In this document: positions 53,401 through 64,000 of the stretch, piece after piece
Position numbering within the stretch: position 1 is the stretch's first letter
How the letters are laid out: each line of letters starts with the position of its first letter
Source of the DNA: Camelus dromedarius
Taxonomy: Eukaryota
Assembly (NCBI RefSeq): GCF_036321535.1
Contig: NC_087444.1
Location: 74,152,001 to 74,216,000, forward strand
Direction of reading: 5' to 3'
Length of the DNA: 64,000 nucleotides
The notes under the pieces: model-generated
Seen by the model: only the letters and a program-made list of their open reading frames with translations
What the model was told of the DNA's origin: nothing
The model's database searches: none
Translations under genes and position numbers: made by a program

Positions 53401-56400
53401 GAATGCAGAGCTCTCCAGGAAGCCCCAGAGCTCTGGCTTTCCACTGGATATGTATGGTATATTCCTAGTTTTCCCAGTCCAGTGGACCAGTTGGGGGTCA
53501 GTGTTGTCTAGAAACACGGCTGAATTGTATCAAGTTTCCAGGGAAATAGAAAGTCATTTCTATTCAAGAAGGTCATTCCTCCATGGGGAAGAAAAGGTCT
53601 TATTAATCCTTTGTTCACATTCTCCATATGTAAAAGTCAACAGGACATCCCTCAGAGGTTGCGTGGGAATGTAAAATGGTGCACTGTGGTGGGTAACAGT
53701 TTGGTGGTTCCCCGTGTAAGTTACTCAGAGAGTTGCTGTATGACCCAGTAGCTCCACTTTGAGATGTACAACCCAAGAAGTAAAGATGGGTATTCAAAGA
53801 CTTGTGCACAAATGTTTGTACAGCACTATTCACAACAGCAAAAAGGCAAAGACAACCCAAATGCTCATCAACAGATGAATGGATAAACAAAATGTGGTCT
53901 GTCCAGACAATGGAATATCGCATAACTCAGGAAAATAATTGGCTGGTGGGTCAAAGGGAGCCGGTGTCCCCCTCCCAGAGGACTCTGGGTAGGGGTTGGA
54001 CTCCCCCAGCTGCCTCCCAGACTCCTTTCCAAGCTGTCTCTGCCTTCCCCAGGCCTGGCTGGACACCCAGGACCGGCACTTGGGTCACTATGTTAATGGA
54101 AAGTGGTTAAAGCCGGAACACAGGAGTTCAGTGTCTTGCCAGGATCCCATCACAGGTATGAGGTGCCCTCTCAGTCATATGGAAGGGAGAGGTGTCTGTG
54201 GCCCCAACCATAACCACCACCCACACCTCTGTTTGCTCAGGGCCTGGGGGGCAGGGAGCAACTGGTGGGGGAAGGAGGCTGAGATTTCTGGCTCCTCTTA
54301 ATAACAGTCATCCTCTTTACGGCTCCGAGTCCCTGTGGACACTTTTTGAAGTCACTATCTACTAAAATCCCTCCCTTGCCTGTGGGAGGCAGTCAGAGCA
54401 AAGACCTATAGATTTATCCCCATTTGTCAGATGAGGAAACTGGGACCCAGAGTTGAGGTAAAGACCTGCTTTACTGCTTCGGGCTGCTCCTGGGCCCCAG
54501 AAATCTCAGCCCCCTCCAGTTCTGACGTGGGCTTCCCCCACCTCCAATTTGGGTGCCACCCCGCCCCTGCATTCATTTCCCTAGGAGAGAACTTGGCCAG
54601 TTGCCTCCAGGCACAGACCGAGGATGTGGTTGCAGCTGTGGAGGCTGCCAGGACCTCGTTGGAGAACTGGAGCTTGCTCCCTGGAGCCATTCGGGCCCAA
54701 CATCTGACCAGGTGATGCATTTGAATTGTGGACCCCAGGAGGTGGAGAAGGATTTGAGAAAAAAGACTCTTATTTCCCAATAGCCCACTGAATTCATTGG
54801 CAGCTAAGGCTCATATTCCCAGCGTGTCTTGGAGCCTTTAGCAGCTAAAACATCCGTTTCCCACTGTTTGCTGGGACTAGTAATGACGAAGTCTGTTTCC
54901 AAGAATATCCCTGGGGCTCATCAGGCTCCATTTCTTAGCAGCTCACTGGGGCTGGTGGAGTCCCCTGAACTGTTTTCCAGCACATTCTTGAGACTCTCCC
55001 AGAGTACAATTGAGATTAGAGGCTAAACTTTAATTTTCTATCACCTTTGAAGGTTACAGGTGGCTAAGATCTTGACACAGCACCCTCAAGTTTTGAGTGT
55101 TTCCCAGATTACATTTCCCATAAATCCTTGGTGCCCTCCACCCCTGGTAAATAGTGGAGATGCCCCCATGTGCTAAAGGGGATTGTAGTTCAGGTATACG
55201 GGGTGTGTTCCAGGACTCTCAGGCCAAGGGGCAGTGGGAAATGACCATCCCTGATGCTTGCCCCACAGGCTGGCAAAGATGATCCAGAAGCACCAACGGC
55301 TGCTATGGACCCTGGAGTCCCTGGTTACTGGACGGGCTGTTCGAGAAGTTCGAGACAGAGATGTCCCGCTGGCCCAGCAGCTGCTCCAATACCATGCAGT
55401 CCAGGCATATGCCCAAGAGGAGGCGCTGGCAGGCTGGGAGCCCATAGGTGAGAAGCAGGAGTCCCAGCCCCCAGCCCCCTCCTTCCTCACCATCCAGCAG
55501 TACCTGCCCCTGGCTCATTTCATGTTCTTGCAGGAGTGATTGGTCTCATCTTGCCACCCACATTCTCCTTCCTTGAGATGATGTGGAGGATTTGCCCTGC
55601 CCTGGCTGTCGGTAAATGATCGGCTGAGGGCTGGGACTGCTGGGTCTGAGGGAGGAATGGGCTGGGGGCCTGACCCCTGGGTCTGAGGGAGGAATGGGCT
55701 GGGGGCCTGACCCCTGGGTCTGAGGGAGGAGGGGCCTAGGGTTCTAGACTCCAGGATCTTTGAGCTGCCTGCCTTCCCCAGGCTGCACTGTGGTGGTCCT
55801 CGTGCCCCCAGCCTCCCCGACATCCCTCCTCCTGGCCCAGCTGGCAGGGGAGCTAGGCTCCTTCCCAGGAATCCTCAATGTGATCAGTGGCCCTGCCTCC
55901 CTGTGGCCTGTCCTAGCCTCCCAGCCTGGAGTTCAGAAGGTGGCCTTCTGTGGAGCCGTGGAGGTATCTTCAGGGGTGGAAAGGGGCAGGGACACAGCTG
56001 GAGGGCCAGAGGCTCCTCCCCGAACTGAACCCTGCATGGATCCCATAGGAAGGACGTGCCCTACAGCGGACCCTGGCGGGCAAGGGTCCTGAGCTGGGCC
56101 TGGCGCTGGGGGCTGAGTCACTGCTGCTGCTGACGGAGGCGGCGGACGTGGACTCAGCCGTGGAGGGCGTCGTGGATGCAGCCTGGTCTGACCGCAGCCG
56201 GGTGAGAGCCTTGCACCCGTCTCCCCTCACTTCCTGGGGGCCGTGCATGTCTGTCTCCAGACCTGGGGGCCCCCGTCTTTGTTCATTTAAATTTTCAGTT
56301 TTTTGTGTTTCCAGACTCTTATCTTCACACCACTGCGTGTGCAGGACTCCTCATCCCCTCAAGTTTCGGAATCTCCACGTTCCCCGCTCTCCTGGCCTTG

Positions 56401-59400
56401 CCTAGTCAGGCGCTCTGTGTCTCTTGTTCATTAGGAATCCCTTCACTTTTCTGAGCGTCCACATCCTAGTTTCCCCACCTCTCTCTCCACTCTCCGCCAC
56501 CACCTTTCTGTAAATCCACATCCTGCCTGGGGTTTGGGGCCTCAGAGCATCTCCAGTGTCCTCGGCCACTTCTCCTTGACCCTCCTCTGATCTGTATCTG
56601 TATGTCTCCCACTATTTGCCCTCCCTGACTCCCACCTTTTCCTCACAGGGGGGCCTCAGGCTCCTTATCCAAGAGTCTGTGTGGGATGAGACGATGAGGC
56701 GGCTCCAAGAGAGGATGGGACGGCTTCGGGGTGGCCGAGGGCTAGACGGGGCCGTGGACATGGGGGCCCGGGGGGCTGCCGCACATGACCTGGCACAGCG
56801 CTATGTGCGTGAGGCCCAGAGCCAGGGTGCACAGGTGAGCCTGGGGCACAGACTCTGAGGTGCCGGGGAGGAGGGACCTCAAGATCTGACTCCTGGGTCT
56901 GAAGGGCTAGGGGGCCAGGACTCGTGGGTCCTTGAAGTGGAGAGGACTGGTGTGGACTTGGAGGTCTATTTCTCTTTCTCCCCAGGTCTTCCAGGCTGGC
57001 AGTGTGCCTTCAGACAGCCCATTCTTTCCCCCAACCTTGGTCTCTGACCTGCTTCCAGCCTCCCCTTGTACCCAGGCAGAGGTGAGCCCCTCAGAGTCCT
57101 AGAGACCCTATTCCATCCTCCCATCCTCAGCCAGACGTGGGCAGCAGCACCAAACCTACAGAGGCCCCTGGGGGAACCATTTGGACTGGGTCTGGGGATT
57201 GCCAACTGCTGTAGGCTGAACCTACACTGGGTGGGGTGTCGGAGGAGGAGCTGGCCAGGCCACCTGAGCTCCCTTGTCACCCCCTCCAGGTGCCGTGGCC
57301 TCTGGTTGTGGCCTCCCCATTCCGCACAGCCAAGGAGGCACTGGCATTGGCCAACGGGACACCCCGAGGAGGCAGTGCCAGTGTATGGAGCGAGAGACTG
57401 GGGCAGGCACTGGAGCTGGCCTACGGGTCAGTTGACACCCACTGGCACACGGGGCAGCCTGCCAGGACAGTCCCATCTTCTTTCTTGATGTCTCCCCATC
57501 TCTCTGGGTCTCTCCTTACACCCCACCCCAGCCTCTCTGAATCACCTCTCCCTTCCTCCAGTTTCTGTTTTTCTCTCTGATGTCCTCTCCCCACAGGCTC
57601 CGAGTGGGCACAGTCTGGATCAATGCCCACGGCCTCAGAGACGCAGCAGTGCCCACAGGTGGCTGCAAGGAGAGTGGGTCTTCTTGGCACGGGGGCCCAG
57701 ATGTGAGTGCACCTTCTCCCCACCCATCACCACACCGTCAGCCACGGTGTGGACGTCTCATGTCCTCTTGCCCCCGTCCCTCCCACAGGGTCTGTATGAG
57801 TACCTGCAGCCCTCAGGGACCCCTGCCCGGCTGCCCTACCTTTCTGAGAGTCTGAACTACGACACCTTTGGCCTCGTGGTCCCTTCAACCCTACCAGCTG
57901 GGCCTGAAACAGGGCCTAGGTGAGCTGCTCTGGGGACTACGACTCCCAGAATCCCTGGTGTGTGGAGGGGAAGAGGGCAAGTGGTGGCAGGCTCCGCCCC
58001 CCACCCCGTGGACTGGAGGGAGGCTTTTCAGAGCCAACCAGGGGTCCCTGAGTCCCGCTGAGAATTGCACTATGGGTCTTATGGCCTCACCCCAACCCGC
58101 CAGGCCTGATGAGAGCCTCAGCTCTGCTAAATGAAAGTACATCCTCCCCCAGAGAGTCACGGGGCCAGGCGTTTGGGTCCCGCGGAGGCCCATGGGAATT
58201 GGAGGGGTCCATCCAATGAGGTGTGGCCTGGGGTCTGAGCAGTCCCTGCCCAGGACCCACCCTCACACCTCACCCTACTCCAGCCCAGCACCCCCCTATG
58301 GGCTTTTTGTCGGGGGCCGCTTCCAGGCGCCTGGGGCCCGGAGCTCCAGGCCCATCTGGGATTCGCAGGGCAATCTTCACGGCTACGTGGCTGAGGGCGG
58401 AGCCAAGGATATCCGAGGTGCCGTCGAGGCTGCTCACCAGGCTGGCCCTAGGTAAGTGTGTGGGTCGTATGAGCTAGCCCAGGGATCATGGGGTATCAGA
58501 GAGGGGAATCTGAAACCCCAGGGCTGGGCCAATGGAATGCGGGGTCTGGACCCTGAGAGCTGGTGGGCTGTGGAGTCTGAGCTCCCAGGGCTGATAGGAT
58601 GTGGGTAGGGCCCCTCACTCTCCTCCCGGGGCAGATGGGTCATGGGGTCTGGACACGCAGGGTAGGGGCTGTGGGCAGAGGTGAGATACCTGGGAAGAAT
58701 CAGGGTGAAGAAGCCAACCACAACTGTGCACTGTCCGCCCGCAGCTGGGTAGGCCAGTCGCCAGGGGCCCGAGCAGCCCTGCTGTGCGCCCTGGCAGCCG
58801 CGCTGGAACGCCGAGGGTCTACCCTGGCAGCGAGGCTGGAGAGGCATGGAGTGGAGCTCAAGGTCGCCAAGGCAGAGGTGGAGCTGAGCGCGAGGCGGCT
58901 TCGGGTGTGGGGGTCCCGCGTCCAGGCCCAGGGCCGTACCCTGCAGGTGAGAAGGGTCTGTGGGCTGGCAGACAGAGCGGGCAGTCTGGAGGGGGTCAGA
59001 GCAAGGGCTATGGAATGACTTGGGGGTGGGGGTCCAGGCCCAAGTGGTCTCACCTCTCGGCACCTCGATTTCCTCCTCTATATAATGAGCATCCAGCCCG
59101 CCTCATAGAGTAGTGTTTCAGATTATTGTTAGGGACCCATTCCTGGGCCATAAAATCAACTTAGTGGGTCATAGCCCTGTTGTGGTGGGGGTTTTTTGTT
59201 TGTTTTTTTAATGATAGAGAATAGGACAGAAAATATAGAGTGCATTGCACAGGGTATTGCTTGGTGTGATTTTTGTTTCACTTACATTTATAACACGCAA
59301 CTACACATCCTTCCGAGGTTGGTATGAAATATGGTAGGTCCAGTGAAGAGAGCCTGAGGATTCAGTGACTCAGGTGACAGCACAGGTGCACTCAGGGAGA

Positions 59401-62290
59401 GCGATATAGAAAGATAATGGGAAGACAGCTAGTCATTTGTCCTGGGTCTCCTCCATAAATGATGTGCAATTATATGATGGTATTGACCTTGGGAGTTGAA
59501 AACTAAATGGGCTGAGCTCTTAATGCCTGAGGGCTCAAAAAAATGTTTGCCTATGGATGGCCAGTAAGCACTTGAAAAGATGCTCAACGTCATTAGTCAT
59601 TGGAGAAGTGCAAGTCCAAACCACCTTGAGATATCATTAGGCACCTATTAGAATGGCGGAAATTCAAAAGACTGACCATAGCAAGTGTCACCAAGGATGT
59701 AGAGGAACTGGAACTCTGACACTCTGCTGGGGGAAACGTCAGGGGACAACCACTTGGGAAAACATTTTGGCAGTTTCTTAAGTTAAAAACGCTCTTTTTA
59801 AAAAAAATTTATTGTATTTTCTTTTATTTATTTATTTTTTGGCAGGAGGAGGTAATTAAGTTTATTTATTTATTTTTAAAGGAGGTACTGGGGATTGAAC
59901 ACAGGACCTCGTGCATGCTAAGCATGCACTCTACCGCTTGAGCTGTACCCTCTCCCCTTAAATATGCTCTTAGTATATGATCCATACTAATTCCTAGGTA
60001 TTTATCTAAGTAAATTTAACTTCTAGGTTTTTAGCCAAAAAGAAATGAATGCACGTATCCACACAAAGACTTATGCACAAATGTTTATAGCAAAATTATT
60101 CATAGCAGCAAAAAAAGCAATCCAAATGTCCCTCAGTAGGTTAATAGATAAATAAGTTGTGGTACATGCCTCCAGTGGGCTCCTCCTCAGCAATCAAGAG
60201 TGAACGAGCTACAGCATGGATGAATTTCGCAATGGTTATGCTGCATGGAAGAAGCCAGATAAAAGAGTACAGACTATATGAGTCTAGAAAATGTATCTAG
60301 AAAACTGTAGAAAATGCACAGTGGTTTATAGAGAGAAAGCAGATCAGTGGTTGTCTGAGCACAGAGGGATCAAGCAGAGACAGGAAGGAAGGATTATCAA
60401 AGAGCACAAGGAAATGGGGGGTGGAGTTCATTATCTTGATCGTGGTGATTGACTTCACAGGCGTATATATGTATATATATGAAAATGGCTGAGACTATAC
60501 CCTTTTAAGTGTGGGCAGTTTACTGACTGTCAGTTATAGTCAATTAAGCTTCAAAACACACATGCCAACAAACCTATAGGCCAGGTTCTGAGACCGCTAC
60601 ACATATGAACTCATTCTATCCTAACAGCAAATCTCTGAGGTAGACACTATTATTGTTCTTATTTTAAAGTTGGGAAGCTGAGGCCCAGAGAGGTTAAGTA
60701 ACTCACCCATGGTCACCCAGTCCATGGTAGAGCGGGGACTTGAACCCAGCATCTGGCTCTGGAGTCTGTGCCCTGAACCATCAGCTGGTTATGTTGTCAT
60801 TTTTGGAGTTGCTATGGAGAAGCGAAGTTGGGGATGAGAGGAGAAAAAGGGCAGGTGATAGAGGAGGTGAGAAGAGGGCAGTCAGGCTTCTCTGCCCCGT
60901 CCTTGACCTCCCCCCGTCCCTGCAGGTAGCAGAGCTGAGAGGCCCTGTGCTCCAGCTTCGGGAGCCACTGGGCGTACTGGCTATTGTGTGCCCGGACAAG
61001 TGGCCCCTGCTGGCCTTGGTGTCTCTGCTGGCCCCCGCCCTGGCTCATGGCAACACTGTGGTCTTGGTGCCCAGCGGGGCCTGTCCCATCCCTGCTTTGG
61101 AGGTCTGCCAGGTACAGTCCCCTGCCTTCCTGCCTGTCTGCTGCTGCTCCCTACAGCCCTTCGGGCAGCAGATGGATGAAAGGTGCCCAAAGGCCTGCAA
61201 GAGCTCAGCTCTCACCCCATCCCCTTGGTAACCATGGTAAACCCCATCCCAGCAGCCAAGCCTTCGCTACTCATAGACCCAATGACCATTCTCTCCAGAC
61301 TGTGAGCCTTCACCAGTCATGACCCCATCCCCTTCCTTCTGGGACCCCCATGGCCAATCCCATGATGCTCACTCCTTACCCTGCTCCCAGTGCCCTAGGG
61401 GTCTCTGACTCTCCTCTTCCCAACTCTGGATAATCCCCACCTTCCATCCCCTAGGACATGGTCACCTTGTTGCCAGCAGGCCTGGTGAATGTGGTGACAG
61501 GGGATCGGGACCACCTGACCCGCTGCCTGGCCTTGCACCAGGACATCCAGGCCCTGTGGTATTTTGGATCTGCACAGGTACGTTTTGTTTTGCCATCTTC
61601 AGTGTCTTCACCGTCACCAACAAGCTCTTCCTTTTCTGGGAACATAGCTGCACTCCCTTAGAACCCTGTTGCTACTCCTTAGCAACCAGGTTCTGGGTCC
61701 TGCCCCTTTATACCCCAGTTGTTAAGGAAGAGGATCTCCTTAGCAGCAAGGGCAAGAGATCCTGCCCAGCCCAAAGACCTAACATTGGACAACCAATTGC
61801 TAAGGACCACACCGCAGCAACAGAGTCAGAAGCCCACAGTCCACCCTCTTAAACCGCCTGATGGTAACAGATGGGAACTTGTCAGCAAGAACCTTAGGCC
61901 CCATTCCTTTGAATGTGGGCCGTTAACAGGGAGGAAATTCCATAGCCACAAAGGTCAACCTTGTTTCCTTCAGTATCTGGAAGGTTTACTTGCTAGGAGC
62001 TGAGCATTCTAGCCACAGAGCCTAGGTCAAGCCTTTAGGCCCCTCCTCAGTGATAGTCCTTGTTGCCAAGGAAACAGCTGCTTAGCAACCAAGCCAGTGG
62101 AAATAATGATCCCGTGTCTCCACGCCAGGGATCCCAGTTTGTGGAGTGGGCCTCAGCAGGAAACCTCAAGCCGGTGTGGGTGAACAGAGGCTGCCCGCGG
62201 GCCTGGGATCAGGAGGCCGAGGGGGCAGGCCCAGAGCTGGGGCTGCGGGCAGCACGGACCAAAGCCCTGTGGCTGCCCATGGGGGACTGA
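50474..62290 (+). CDS. ALDH16A1: Aldehyde dehydrogenase 16 family member A1 (catalytically inactive ALDH-fold pseudoenzyme), 17 exons, 802 aa
   Basis: Exons: 50474-50563, 54053-54155, 54585-54711, 55269-55447, 55534-55611, 55782-55963, 56049-56201, 56649-56834, 56986-57081, 57290-57426, 57597-57702, 57789-57919, 58284-58451, 58745-58946, 60926-61111, 61455-61577, 62129-62290 (2409 nt). [34 protein letters not shown]...[10 protein letters not shown]. The catalytic-loop region [18 protein letters not shown] has no Cys, as known for mammalian ALDH16A1. Confidence 0.98.
52185..52330. mobile_element. hAT-Charlie DNA transposon fragment (MER102-like)
   Basis: CCAATATTTGGCAACCTCTGGCTCACATTCCC resembles the MER102 consensus as I recall it. 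Confidence 0.4.
52335..52650 (-). mobile_element. Old L1 (L1MC/ME-like) 3' fragment
   Basis: CTATCACTCAGTTTCAACAGTCATCAAC and AACAGATAAGGATTC...CATAACTGCCATGCCATT...TAATACCATCTAATGCCCAG motifs. Confidence 0.55.
52935..53115 (-). mobile_element. MIR SINE
   Basis: CATTTAATCCTCACCACAGCCCTGTGAGAT...TTATCCCCATCTTCCAGAT...CCAGGATTCAAACCC. Confidence 0.7.
53660..53935 (+). mobile_element. Old L1 3' fragment in ALDH16A1 intron 1
   Basis: GGGAATGTAAAATGGTGC...AAGACTTGTGCACAAATGTTTGTACAGCACTATTCACAACAGC...GATGAATGGATAAACAAAATGTGG. Confidence 0.8.
55625..55745 (+). repeat. MSR1-like 37-bp minisatellite, two identical tandem copies plus partial copies, in ALDH16A1 intron 5
   Basis: TGGGTCTGAGGGAGGAATGGGCTGGGGGCCTGACCCC starts at 55641 and 55678, and a third partial copy starts at 55715 (period 37). 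Confidence 0.85.
59545..60540 (+). mobile_element. Old L1 (L1M-type) ORF2 3' end / 3'UTR fragment in ALDH16A1 intron 14, split by a SINE
   Basis: Typical L1 3' motifs: AAAAGATGCTCAACGTCATTAGTCAT, CCAAGGATGTAGAGGAACTGGAAC, AAGACTTATGCACAAATGTTTATAGC, ATGGATGAATTTC...AGAAGCCAG. Confidence 0.8.
59797..59957 (-). mobile_element. tRNA-derived SINE (same family), inserted into an L1 fragment, with target-site duplication
   Basis: Reverse complement reads GGGGAGAGGGTACAGCTCAAGCGGTAGAGTGCATGCTTAGCATGCACGAGGTCCTGTGTTCAATCCCCAGTACCTCC plus an A-rich tail. Flanks TTAAAAACGCTCTT (59783-59796) and TTAAATATGCTCTT (59958-59971). Confidence 0.88.
60595..60770 (-). mobile_element. MIR SINE
   Basis: CTCTGAGGTAGACACTATTATTGTTCTTATTTTAAAGTTGGGAAGCTGAGGCCCAGAGAGGTTAAGTAACTCACCCATGGTCACCCAG...GGACTTGAACCCAG. 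Confidence 0.75.
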
Positions 62291-62392
62291 TTGCTCAAGT
62301 GCCTTCCACTCCATCTTGGACGGAGGAGAGATCACTCCCAACCGACGCCAGATGTCTGGAACTTTCCTCTTATTGTGGTTCCCATGCCCTCC

Positions 62393-62398
62393 AATAAA
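62393..62398 (+). terminator. ALDH16A1 polyadenylation signal AATAAA
   Basis: Canonical hexamer 102 nt after the stop. Confidence 0.8.
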
Positions 62399-63661
62399 CT
62401 CTGACCAATCTTGGCTGTACTTCTGAGGGGAGCGGGGTAGGAAATAGCAACTTCTGATCTGCTGAAGCCCATCTTCGGTTCTGAGATTGAGCAGCCCTGT
62501 GGGCTGGCTCCCGGACAAGAGTGTTTGTGGAACAGATAAAGGGGATACTGAGAAGCTTTGGAAAGGGCCACAGGGACTCTTGTCTCTTCTGGTCTTTTCT
62601 ATCTGGCAGCTCCTGCTCCCTGGCTTCCTCTACCTATACATTGCCTCAGAATCCAGGTTATGCAGGTGTAAAATAAAATACAGTAGCTCTCTGGAATAAA
62701 ATAAAAGCCTTGGTAAGTAACTTGGACCAATGTCCATGGTGTAAACACTCCCGCTATGTCAGTTTCACACTCCAGCTAATTGAACAGGCTGACCGTTCCT
62801 GGGTTTTTAACAGTCAGCTCCTCCAAACCACTCCAGCATACCACTGTTTGAAAATTCTTTGATGCATGGAAACCCCTCATGCTAGCTTAGGATAAAAGGG
62901 AATTTTCTGGAAGGCTACAGAGGCACAGAAGACAGGGCAAGACACGCAGCTGGGTGCCCCAGGTCCTGGAAACCCAAATGCAGACAGGAGCCATGGCAAG
63001 TCTTGTCTCTGTGGGCCACATGATCTCTTGGGTCTCATATCTAACTGTCTGCTTCATTCAAATCTTTCTAGCCATGTGCCTTTAGGAAAGCTTCTTAACG
63101 GCTCTGAGCCTCAGTTTCCTTATCTGTAAATTGGGGCTAATAGTTCCAGCCTCATTGGGTAGACTGTGATGTGTACACAAAACATGCTGTTAATTAGAGG
63201 TTGATTTTTTTGTCCCAGGGAAAATGAGAATGGCAGCCTCCTTTAGTATTTGACTAAAGCTGGGCAGAGTAGATCACTTCTCTCAGGATCTCTAGACCTT
63301 TGGACAGGAAAGACACAGGAATGAAGAGTTAGAGGGAAGTCCCTGGAAGGTTCTAGTTCCTCTCTGTGGTTTAATAACTTCCTCCCAGATTCCATGGGCT
63401 CCTTTCCTATTAGTCTTGTTGCTTTAAGCAGCCAAAGCCAACTGCAATAGGTCTGTCTACCCCCAGACCACAGAGAACACTCAGCGCCACATCTGCAGGA
63501 GGGGAAATCTCATTGGCCAGCCTGGGAGGTGTCCACTTCTGGTCCAATCATCTCTGGCCAAAGGGAAGGAGCTCCTAGTCAAGGCAGCCATCCAGTTGGT
63601 CAATAAAAATCCATTGAGTGTCTGCTGTGAGTGAGCTATTACTAGGTGCTGAGGAGAGAGG

Positions 63662-63810
63662 TGTATTCTTTCCAGTCAGTGCTGTAACAAGTACCACAAA
63701 ATTAGTGGCTTAAATAAATCAATGCAGATGTGTTGTCTTACAGTTCTGGAGGTCAGAAGTCTGAAATGAGTCTCACTGAGCTAAAAACCAATGTATTGGC
63801 AGGGGCTGGG
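63662..63810. mobile_element. MaLR LTR (MLT1-like) end
   Basis: GCTGTAACAAGTACCACAAAATTAGTGGCTTAAA...TCTTACAGTTCTGGAGGTCAGAAGTCTGAAATGAGTCTCACTGAGCTAAAAACCAA is a classic MLT1 terminus. Confidence 0.75.
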
Positions 63811-64000
63811 AATTTGTCTCAAGGGCACTAGGGAGCCATAGAAGGTCTGTGAGCAGAAGAGGGGTAGGCTCAGATCTGGTTGAAAGACACACAGACATAA
63901 CTGCAGGTGACATGTAGAATTGTGTAACAGTAGAAGCAGCTCAGGGTGGTCTGGGGGCCCAAAGACACCCTTCTGAACTTGAATGTGTGTGTGTCTGTGT

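Noticed and set aside
56180-56680. ALDH16A1 as a pseudogene or novel inactivation because the catalytic Cys is missing
   Set aside because: The ORF is intact over 17 exons, and loss of the Cys is the known state of mammalian ALDH16A1.
58294-58296. ALDH16A1 codon 527 (human gout-associated Pro527Arg position)
   Set aside because: The codon is CCC (Pro), the reference state, so nothing is unusual.

Overview
Mammalian genomic DNA, GC-rich and intron-containing, syntenic to human 19q13.33. Two tRNA-derived SINEs of a type I associate with camel/alpaca genomes suggest a camelid source (inference). I assembled six intact protein-coding genes exon by exon with consistent splice phases: KASH5/CCDC155 (+, 19 coding exons, 567 aa), PTH2/TIP39 (-, 2 coding exons, 98 aa), GFY (+, 3 coding exons, 517 aa), SLC17A7/VGLUT1 (-, 12 exons, 560 aa), PIH1D1 (-, 9 exons, 290 aa) and ALDH16A1 (+, 17 exons, 802 aa). 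PIH1D1 and ALDH16A1 are head-to-head, PTH2 and GFY are head-to-head, and GFY and SLC17A7 are tail-to-tail. There is one 132-N assembly gap and old MIR, L2, L1, MLT and hAT repeats. Most ORFs in the supplied track are spurious or intron read-through. I found no new gene family or multi-gene system. The best unexplained structure is: (1) an MSR1-like 36-38 bp GC-rich minisatellite dispersed at more than ten sites, (2) a repeated GUUUCAA core that fills the VGLUT1 3'UTR, (3) a TIP39 peptide ending in Arg instead of Pro, (4) an in-frame, stop-free, weak-donor last intron in KASH5, (5) an orphan octamer/RFX/CCAAT regulatory island between KASH5 and PTH2, (6) a 16/32-aa higher-order repeat in GFY, and (7) three different degenerate arrays flanking CpG promoters. 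Comparisons to human proteins and repeat-family names are from memory and need database confirmation.
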